From: Podarcis filfolensis
Taxonomy: Eukaryota
Direction: 5' to 3' (one strand)
Length of the DNA: 64,000 bases
Assembly (NCBI GenBank): GCA_964270895.1
Contig: OZ185442.1
Positions 37,201 through 43,359 of this stretch are shown in pieces. The position numbers were made by a program, and so were the translations under genes. The notes under the pieces are model-generated. The model did not search any database and was not told where the DNA came from. It worked only from the letters and a program-made list of their open reading frames with translations. Position 1 is the first letter of the stretch. Each line of letters starts with the position of its first letter.

Positions 37201-37992
37201 AGGAAAAAAAGGTTATTATTAAGCTTATTCATGACCTTGTAGAAAAGCATCTAAAAGCAACATACAGCATAAAAAACCACTAAATACAAACTAAGGTCAC
37301 ACTACTATTTGAAAACCCCTCATATTGCTCTTTTTCTAAACAAGTTGCCCTTTCCATTCTATTGTACCTTCAAAAATGCTTGCTGTAACAATCTTATGTT
37401 GAGAGCTTTGTGAGGTCTACCTAAAAAGTGGTATATAACTACTGTAAATAAATGGGCCTCTTAGGTGACCGCAGGACTCTTAGACCTTGACTATAGCCTT
37501 GAACACAGCCACGCTTAATAAATTATGTTCTTAAAAACTCACTACACACACACACATACACTTGGGCTTGCCATCAAGTCTGGTGAAGAGTTCTGCAGAA
37601 CTCGATTTTTTGGCAGCGTTTTGGTTGGCCTGACAAAGAAAGGTGTTGCCCAAAACTGGATTTGGAAGTTTTCAGTTAAGGTGAAGCCAGCCCTCTTCAG
37701 CAAACCACGAAGGAAGGAGAGGTGCCCCAACTACACCAGAGGACGCCCCCCACCCCGTGTGACGCGTCAAGGGACATGGGTGCACCCCACCCATGGGTGG
37801 TAGGTAGGAAGGAACAGAGGGGGAGACAGCTGCTGCCCTCCCCTCCCAGGGAAGAAACTTGTATGGGAAGGAAGAGACCTCAAAACAAAAGCCCCGCCAG
37901 CCATCCCGCTTCGGCGCAAGCCGAGGAGACCTAGTTACCTGCGAGTCCCGAAACTCCACCACAACATTCTCGCTACTCCAGCGCGCCGCCAT
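922..37992 (-). CDS. WDR59: WDR59 (GATOR2 subunit; WD40 + RWD), spliced CDS, exons 1-21 in window, 3' part off the left edge
   Basis: 21 GT-AG exons join in frame (54+50+136+86+81+38+89+117+78+157+80+133+125+165+96+157+70+154+137+82+113 = 2198 nt). They translate [35 protein letters not shown]...[11 protein letters not shown], matching vertebrate WDR59 as recalled. Confidence 0.98.
1374..1455 (-). CDS. WDR59: WDR59 exon 20 ([27 protein letters not shown])
   Basis: cag acceptor, gtactt donor, 82 nt. Confidence 0.95.
2560..2696 (-). CDS. WDR59: WDR59 exon 19 ([12 protein letters not shown]...LLGEMY)
   Basis: cag acceptor, gtgagt donor, 137 nt. Confidence 0.96.
2953..3124 (-). mobile_element. 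tRNA-head SINE (Squam2-like)
   Basis: Reverse complement shows tgtggtagagcatctgctttgc...gaaggtcccag-like head, ggtagggctgg body and taaggcagcttcct tail. Confidence 0.75.
6631..7063 (-). mobile_element. Probable L1/Tx1-like LINE 3' end
   Basis: AT-rich; minus strand [11 protein letters not shown]-like remnant, AATAAA near 6650, A tail. Confidence 0.45.
7064..7372 (+). repeat. Unclassified dispersed repeat, copy 1
   Basis: About 310 bp homologous to the reverse complement of 59003-59332; both give [21 protein letters not shown] in the ORF track. Confidence 0.85.
7993..8036. repeat. 3 x CCACATGGATTGCA tandem repeat
   Basis: Identical 14-mers at 7993, 8009 and 8023. Confidence 0.9.
8110..8300 (-). 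mobile_element. MIR/CORE-like ancient SINE fragment
   Basis: aggtaggtcagtattgttattatcc...ttgcagatg...cttgcctaaggc...gagttcatggca. Confidence 0.5.
8451..8920 (-). mobile_element. CR1 LINE 3' fragment (RT C-terminus)
   Basis: aatgcaggaatc...gaagcagcagaaaacaagct...cttcttaaactgtggtgcccagaa; clearly homologous to 45388-45946. Confidence 0.85.
9186..9242 (-). CDS. WDR59: WDR59 cassette exon 18a ([19 protein letters not shown]), 57 nt, in frame
   Basis: cacag acceptor, CCG|gtactg donor, phase 0/0 matching exons 18 and 19, no stop, CpG-rich for an intron. Resembles a 19-aa insert recalled from long rodent WDR59 isoforms (not verified here). Confidence 0.85.
9687..9828. mobile_element. hAT-type MITE
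   Basis: cagggatagggaaacc...caggttccccacccca termini; related copies at about 367-505, 6195-6300, 22592-22726 and 35599-36291 (split). Confidence 0.75.
11346..11499 (-). CDS. WDR59: WDR59 exon 18 ([12 protein letters not shown]...[10 protein letters not shown])
   Basis: cag acceptor, gtaagt donor, 154 nt; ends in phase 0 after codon 622. Confidence 0.96.
12133..12202 (-). CDS. WDR59: WDR59 exon 17 ([22 protein letters not shown])
   Basis: cag acceptor, gtaagt donor, 70 nt. Confidence 0.96.
13141..13211. repeat. (TTA)n microsatellite, about 23.7 units
   Basis: Perfect trinucleotide run. Confidence 0.98.
13552..13708 (-). CDS. WDR59: WDR59 exon 16 ([16 protein letters not shown]...[10 protein letters not shown])
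   Basis: cag acceptor, gttggt donor, 157 nt. Confidence 0.96.
13807..13998 (+). mobile_element. tRNA-head SINE (Squam2-like), diverged
   Basis: ggggcatagctctaaggtagagc A-box, gtcccaggttctatc B-box. Confidence 0.65.
15220..15315 (-). CDS. WDR59: WDR59 exon 15 ([32 protein letters not shown])
   Basis: cag acceptor, gtagga donor, 96 nt. Confidence 0.96.
15540..15704 (-). CDS. WDR59: WDR59 exon 14, RWD domain ([12 protein letters not shown]...MKAKLLK)
   Basis: cag acceptor, gtgggt donor, 165 nt; [14 protein letters not shown]-type motif. Confidence 0.96.
16827..16951 (-). CDS. WDR59: WDR59 exon 13 (LKEDSQK...[24 protein letters not shown])
   Basis: cag acceptor, gtaggt donor, 125 nt. Confidence 0.95.
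18071..18313 (+). mobile_element. Full-length tRNA-derived SINE (Squam3 type) with 10-bp TSD
   Basis: A-box TGGTGTAGTGG, B-box GGTTCGCGTC, L2-like tail ending ctcttctt; TTCTTAATTG at both 18062-18071 and 18309-18318. Confidence 0.9.
18520..18652 (-). CDS. WDR59: WDR59 exon 12 ([16 protein letters not shown]...HGEEE)
   Basis: cag acceptor, gtgagg donor, 133 nt. Confidence 0.95.
19669..19748 (-). CDS. WDR59: WDR59 exon 11 ([26 protein letters not shown])
   Basis: cag acceptor, gtaagt donor, 80 nt. Confidence 0.96.
20451..20607 (-). CDS. WDR59: WDR59 exon 10 ([52 protein letters not shown])
   Basis: tag acceptor, gtgtgt donor, 157 nt. Confidence 0.96.
21168..21621. mobile_element. Tc2/pogo-type non-autonomous DNA transposon
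   Basis: TA on both flanks; 24-bp TIRs match 19/24 (core TTCCCCGAAA[A/G]TAAGACA); six subterminal CCCCGAAAATAAGAC-like repeats. Confidence 0.8.
21709..21786 (-). CDS. WDR59: WDR59 exon 9 ([26 protein letters not shown])
   Basis: aag acceptor, gtaagg donor, 78 nt. Confidence 0.95.
22592..22726. mobile_element. hAT-type MITE
   Basis: cagggatggggaa...tcacccctg termini. Confidence 0.65.
22751..22884 (+). mobile_element. Squam3-like SINE, 3'-truncated
   Basis: cagtggttaaga A-box, ggttcaagttcc B-box, gctcactgggtgac core. Confidence 0.6.
23290..23406 (-). CDS. WDR59: WDR59 exon 8 ([23 protein letters not shown]...DNSVR)
   Basis: cag acceptor, gtaggt donor, 117 nt. Confidence 0.96.
23487..23575 (-). 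CDS. WDR59: WDR59 exon 7 ([29 protein letters not shown])
   Basis: cag acceptor, gtgagt donor, 89 nt. Confidence 0.96.
24119..24247. mobile_element. hAT-type palindromic MITE
   Basis: Long TIRs (..ctggtgccctcca..); flanks CTTTATGC / CTTAATAC match 6/8, consistent with an 8-bp TSD. Confidence 0.75.
24432..24469 (-). CDS. WDR59: WDR59 exon 6 ([12 protein letters not shown])
   Basis: cag acceptor, gtaagt donor, 38 nt. Confidence 0.94.
25305..25385 (-). CDS. WDR59: WDR59 exon 5 ([26 protein letters not shown])
   Basis: tag acceptor, gtaagt donor, 81 nt. Confidence 0.96.
26075..26240 (-). mobile_element. MIR/CORE-like ancient SINE fragment
   Basis: aggta...tattattatc..ccatatttcaaatagggaggctg...gcctaaggttacc...ggcagaagtgagattcaaa CORE-like pattern. 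Confidence 0.55.
26550..26684 (+). mobile_element. SINE with tRNA-Ile-like head and CR1 tail
   Basis: cagttggttagactgtggtgctgataacgccaaggttgcaagtttgatc resembles tRNA-Ile; followed by gcagggggttggactaga...attctatga CR1 3' end. Confidence 0.75.
26893..26978 (-). CDS. WDR59: WDR59 exon 4 ([13 protein letters not shown]...GHTRVI)
   Basis: cag acceptor, gtacgg donor, 86 nt. Confidence 0.95.
28241..28376 (-). CDS. WDR59: WDR59 exon 3 ([12 protein letters not shown]...HYFAAS)
   Basis: cag acceptor, gtatgc donor, 136 nt. Confidence 0.96.
29961..30480 (-). mobile_element. L1/Tx1-like LINE 3' end with polyA signal and tail
   Basis: Minus strand [23 protein letters not shown]-like C-terminus (frameshifted), 3' UTR, AATAAA, A-rich tail. 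Confidence 0.65.
31568..31617 (-). CDS. WDR59: WDR59 exon 2 ([17 protein letters not shown])
   Basis: cag acceptor, gtgagt donor, 50 nt. Confidence 0.96.
32764..32915 (+). mobile_element. tRNA-head SINE (Squam2-like), diverged
   Basis: gtagctc...gtcccaggttcagtccctgg...ccactgtcagtcaatgtagaaaatactaagctaga. Confidence 0.65.
34565..34745 (-). mobile_element. CR1/L3-type 3' fragment
   Basis: gaacagaccaaaggcccatctagtctagcttcctgttctcacagtgg. Confidence 0.7.
35660..35966 (+). mobile_element. RTE-clade LINE 3' fragment
   Basis: Encodes [21 protein letters not shown]...[21 protein letters not shown] (RTE-type C-terminal zinc finger); tccattgtctc...gagacagatgcc terminus. Confidence 0.8.
35975..36198 (+). 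mobile_element. CR1 LINE 3' end with (ATTCTATG)2 tail
   Basis: aagtggtggactctccttcactggaggtttttaag...ggtcccttccaacc..caattctatgattctatga. Confidence 0.88.
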
Positions 37993-38170
37993 CTTGGACT
38001 GCCCAGGAAGCAGCTGGAGCAAGGGACGCCGCAGGCGGGCGTGACGCAATGCGCGTCGCGCTCCAGGCCTGCCGGGAAATGTAGTCCAGCCTTAAGGAGG
38101 CCTGAGGAAGAGCGTGTGGCTCGCCTGTAGCGTTTTATGCGCTCCGGCGCCCCACCCACACCGTCTCCTC
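37720..38170 (-). promoter_or_regulatory. WDR59 CpG-rich, TATA-less promoter / first exon
   Basis: CpG-dense. YY1-type AAGATGGCGGC over the ATG, TGACGCAAT at 38042-38050, ACTACATTTCCC (ZNF143/THAP11-type) at 38074-38085. Confidence 0.8.
37939..37992 (-). CDS. WDR59: WDR59 coding exon 1 ([18 protein letters not shown])
   Basis: ATG at 37992-37990; donor CAG|gtaact; 54 nt. Confidence 0.97.
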
Positions 38171-38630
38171 CAATAAAATAAAATAAAATACAGCCTTCCC
38201 TCGCTTCTCGTTTTGGGACTGGGTGGGGTTTAAAAATACGTGGAGCCAATATTCAGTTTCTTAAATTGCAAGGGCTAAGGAAGTCACAGCTTGTGGAAGC
38301 CAGATGTGCTGGGGTTGGTTGGGAGTGGGGTGTACTTGCGGCATGCTCAGAAGCTCGTTTCCTCATATTTATTAATTTGTTAATTGGTCTCTTAAAGCCG
38401 CTTTCCTGGTCCAGCTCATCCAAAGCGGTTTGCAACATTTTAATACCCCACAATAGCTGAACAATAAACTGGACAACCAATAAAGAAGCCAATTAAACAG
38501 CATGATTTCTAGGCAATAAAACAATATCACATGAGGGAGGGAGGGAGGGGTGAGAAGCCCAACACTATTTCCCAGGTTCGTTGGAAGCTGCCTTATACAG
38601 TTTCAGATATTTGGTCTTACGTGAACTTGG

Positions 38631-38898
38631 GGATGTGGTACAGTGAAAGGCTTTAAAAGAGAACTGAACAAATTCATGTGGGATAAGGCTACCAACGGCT
38701 ACAAGCCACAATGGCTATGCTCTGCCTACACTGCTGAAGCCACTGCGTCTTTCTTGAAAACCAGTTGCTTGGAATTGCAGCAGGAGAGAGCGTCCTCGGG
38801 TTCAAATCTGGTTGGCATGTCGTTGGCCACTGTGAGAACAGGATGTTGGACAAGATGGGCCACTTGCCTGGTGCACAGCAAGCCTTTCTTATGTTCTT
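38631..38898 (+). mobile_element. CR1/L3-type 3' fragment with CTTATGTT tail
   Basis: ggctttaaaagagaactgaacaaattcatg...ggccactgtgagaacaggatg...cttatgttctt. Confidence 0.75.
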
Positions 38899-39656
38899 GT
38901 GTCCCTCCAGCACAGAAAGATGCAGTAAAAGTATATTCATATTACACTGTAGCAGGCTTATTTTACATTGATTTCTCCTAACAGTTGAAAACAAGCTCTG
39001 CCGTCTAGTGCCCCCTGGTACAAATGTTAAGCCCTGGGGGGCATTCAGCTCCCATCCATGATGAAGGGTTCTGAGATGCACCCGCTATCTACAGTAACAA
39101 AACTCCAATAGAAGAGCTGTTTTATGCTGCAGCAGTGTCCCCCTCCCCTTGCAAAGAAAACCTGAAATTGGGCTTAATATTAGAGTATTAAGAATAAAAA
39201 TTGCTCAGAGGAGCTCTACCCTGTAGATGCCTCTGAGACGTTAAAATAGTAGGCGGCTTTGGAGTGGGTGCAGCTGCTCTATAAGCAAGAGAATTAAGTT
39301 TCAAAAGCAGGCAAATGAGACTATTGAGCAGCAAAAGATCTAGGGTTGAGATCCATTGGGCCACCCCCTAACTACACCCCTGGTTATGGTTCACACTGGA
39401 GAAGAGGGATTTAAAGTGTTATATGCTAATGTTCAATGTTGTTGTCCCCCTAACACTGGCTTATTGCTGCACATGGTCACTGTGTTAAAAACCAGTGAAT
39501 CTTTACTTTGATCAATGAATTCCACAAGCTGATTATGGGTGTTCCAGACATCCTGTTCATTGAGGATCCATCCTGATTTGTTTGCAAAGGAAGCCAGACG
39601 ACGTTGGTCATTTACTGAGCAATCAGCCATTTTGGGGGGGGGGGGTGCTAGGTAGT

Positions 39657-39832
39657 GGCTGTGTACACATCATACATTTAAAGCACATGGCTTCGCTCAA
39701 ATAATCTTGGGAACTATAGTTTGCCCTCTGCAGAGCTACAATTCTCAGCACCCTGAACAAATAAGTTTCCTCATTCTTTGGGGCAAGTAATGTGCTTTAA
39801 TTGTGCGCTAAATGTATGGTGTGTACATGGCC
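39657..39832. mobile_element. MITE with about 30-bp TIRs (GGC termini, Harbinger-like; superfamily uncertain)
   Basis: Left ggctgtgtacacatcatacattta vs right reverse complement ggccatgtacacaccatacattta. Confidence 0.75.
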
Positions 39833-42009
39833 CAAGTTGCGTCAAGCAAATGTTAGCCTGCACTTTCCAGAGATTTTCCCCATCACTTTCCTTATCTCAA
39901 AAAGTCTGATCTTTTGAGGGAAGCAGGTTTATTGCACAAGACCTCCCAACCAACTGTAATTGCACTGCCTGAATTTGCCAGAATGTGACGGAATCCCACT
40001 AAAAAAAAGTGACAGACTGGGGAGTGCCCTATAAAAAGAAAACGAGGTTCTGCATGCAGATGGCAGTTGTGGACATGGACAATCCATTTCCACAACTTTC
40101 TACAACTAGGTGTATTCCAAAGAGCAACCCTAACATTGGATGTTGGGCTGTAAGCCTATTGGCCTGAATATAAAGATACAGGTTCAAGCTCACTTCCTTT
40201 GCATCAGGTGAGCTTTCCAACCAGCTAGATGAGCTCTCTAGCTTTTCTGCTATGTGTGTCAGTGGCTATTTTTAGAGCCCTCTTGGGCATGGAAGTGAGC
40301 CTGGAATAAGATCATTGGAAAAACAGACAAAAGGTGGGTTTCCTCTCTGCCACCAGCACTGTTAGCCACAGCTTTAGCAGAATCCCTTTCTTACCTTCTG
40401 TACAGAGCGCTTTATGCAACTCGCTGTGAATTTGCTGGACAGAATTTGGTCCTTTATGCATTCACACTCTGGCCCTAAAGTTCTGGGGTCTACAAATATG
40501 GGAGACTGGCCATCAGGGTTGACTTGGGCAGGACTAGGTAGAAGGTAGATATGCAGTAGATCAGCAAGGATTCTGACTCTTTAACAGCCCCAAAATGACC
40601 TCTGGACTCTCCACTGTTGAAACCAACAAAGGGCGGGGGGCGTTAGATATGTGGAAAGACACCTAATTCGGTTCTGATACCCTAGTTCCTGGGCACAAAA
40701 TTGTAAGTCAGGGGAAGTGAACATGGTCCCTACGTTTTGTTGGATTTCTCTCATTAGCTCCAGCCAGCATAATCAATGGTCACAGATGATGGGAGTTGTA
40801 GTCCAGCAGCATCTGAAGGCCACTTGAGGTTATAGTGAAAAATGATGTAGAATTTGCAAGCTGGAAGTCTGCCCACCCATGTTTTAGCATAATTGCCAGT
40901 GTGAAGAGTGCACTTACCTTGCACTTTTATGAGACTCCCCTAAAAACACTGGACAGAATGGCTGTGTCCTTGCTACAGGACTGCGGAGCAATGTTAGGTG
41001 AAATTTGAGAATACATACAAGGAGCACAATACAAAATGAAGTGCAAAAAATATGGGAGTAGAACAGGATAGGTTATGCATCTGTGGCTTCATCTTAAGAA
41101 TGTAATCTTCTGGGGGGGGGAGATGATGGTGGTGCTATATAAATAATAATTGATTCTGTGTACTTGTGTGTGTATGTTAGTACTAGAAAAGAAGAAAGTG
41201 TTCAAGAGATGTGGGGGATATGCATGAACTCTGTTTTCAAAGGCCAAGAGGGCTGTCTTCTGTCCTTGTTCCCACCCAGTGTTTCACACCACACATGATC
41301 AACAGTGCAATCCTATACAAGTCTACACAAAAACTCCCATTAAGAACAATGGGATTGACTTCCTAGTAAGAGGGTATAGAATTGCAGCCTAAAACTCAGG
41401 AGCACCTATTTAGCTGGTCAACTACTTAGCTCTGCTATTTTTCGCTATTCTTATTAAATATCAAATTCCCATCTGAACTAAATATGCATTTCCAAAAACC
41501 TGACTGTTTTATATTTGTGCTTATAAAATTCCTATTTATTATTCGGTTTTTTAAAAAGTCTCCACAACAAATGTTTGTGTAACACAATGAAGCACACATT
41601 TGCTTGAAAGTATGTCTCACTGCAGTTTCAAATAGAGTACCGAATTATTTTGTAACCATCTTTAAAAAAGAACCCAAAGCAGTCCTGGGACCCTTGGTGT
41701 GAATCAACCCCCCTCCCCATGCCAGGACCTAGTATGTGGTCAGATGGCACAGAAAGCCACCATAGTTCCTGAAGCTAAGCTGGTTTGGGCCGGTTTGGTA
41801 CCTGGATGGGTTGATAACAGGTATGCTTCTTTGGGCTCCTTGATGAAAGGTGAAAAATAAATGTAGAAAGTATCATAAAATCAAAACCCTCTAAGGGCCA
41901 CAGAAGAGTGTAACTGGGAGCTGTATGGTGGAATGCAGTATAGCTTCAAATCAAGCAACATCACTTAACATCTGAGAACCTGCTCCTCTTGTTCCTTATG
42001 ACTTCAATC

Positions 42010-43085
42010 ATTTATTTTATTTATTTATTTCATAAAATTTTTACATCGCTTGATAGTAAAAAAACTTCAAAGTAGTTTACAAAAAGATAAAAGAATCAAG
42101 TCAAGAAAAATGTCCCTCCCCCACAATAGGAGTCAATAACCTCTGGAACATCCGAAATAACTCCGCTGGACAGCTACTAGAAGATGCAACGCAAGCTGCA
42201 AAATGAGGCTTCTTTGCAGCCCACACTACCACATGGTAGGCACAAGTGTGGGCACATGGTTAGGCACAAGCGAGACTTGCACCACGTGTTCCAGTCTTCA
42301 TCCGGCCTGTTTCAAAGTCCAGAGCTCCTCAGAATACCAAGGAGCTAGTTGCTCAGACTCCAAAATGCCAGAGAGGATGCTCAAGAACGAATGTGTCTGC
42401 CACCCATTTCAGCTCGCTATTCCATCGCAAGACCAGGGTTTCACCAGGACCTCCAGCTTTATCCACTGGAAAATCCCCCAGAGCATTCAGGAACACATCA
42501 GGTTCCACCAGTCTCTGAGGGTGGGCTGTCCTAATGGGCCCACCACACTTACAGGGAGGAATTGCTGTTGTCAGTCCAAGCATAACCAGATAATGGGCTG
42601 ACCATGCCAAAGGTGTACATTGCATTTCTCCTATCTTCAGTCCATCCCACATATTACTAAGGGCAAAGATCACATCAAGGTGAGTCCTGCCTGGTGTGTT
42701 AGACTGTTGACCCTTTGAGAGAGACCCACAGTTGTCATGGGTCTCAGGCTTGTCCAACAGCAGCCTGTGTGTGGATATAGAAGTTGTAGCATCCTCCAGC
42801 AACACCTCAGCCAGCTAGATCAGGGTTGCTGCTGGGTAACAGGGCAGTCAGTAAACCAGCAGCATCCCCGATCTGTCTTTCTGGCCCAACACCAGGTGCA
42901 GACAATGTAAGCGCATCCCAAGGTCAAGAGGCTTCCTGGTGAAAGAGATGGTGCTCCTATAGCCAATAGCAACATCCTTGCCTTGACCCCTTAGTCTAAC
43001 CTGGTGCAGTACCAAAAACCCAGGTGGGTATACTTAGGTCAGGTCAGGTCCATCCAGCTCACTCACTCAAGTCTCTGTAATGCAA
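42010..43085 (-). mobile_element. L2 LINE remnant: APE endonuclease + linker joined to 3' tail, RT absent
   Basis: Decayed motifs CITET*, PPG..HQ.R.GQGKDVAIGYRS, LHLVLGQKDRSGMLLVY, PLAWSAHYLV, GGPIR...LGDFP, APWYSEEL, AKKPHF...PAELFR. Tail tgtaaactactttgaag...(aaat)n at 42010-42085. Confidence 0.85.
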
Positions 43086-43359
43086 GGGAGAGAGGCCAGA
43101 ACAAGGAATAGAGACGAAACACCTATGCCACCCCCCATAGTGGTCAGCACCCTGCACCTCACCCAAACAGTGGCTCCCCATGCCCAACACCACTGGAATT
43201 GGAGGAGCATCTAGACCAGCATCCTATTCTCACAATGGCCAAACAGATGCCTGGGGGAAACCAGTAAGCAGGAACGGTGCAGGAGAGCATTCTCTTCTCC
43301 TATGGTTCCCAGAAACCCCACTTACCTAGGAGCTAGTCCCAGTGGCCTTTGTGCTAATT

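Noticed and set aside
39433-39630. 65-aa minus-strand ORF with a good Kozak context upstream of WDR59
   Set aside because: No recognisable homology or transcript evidence; ORFs of this size are expected by chance
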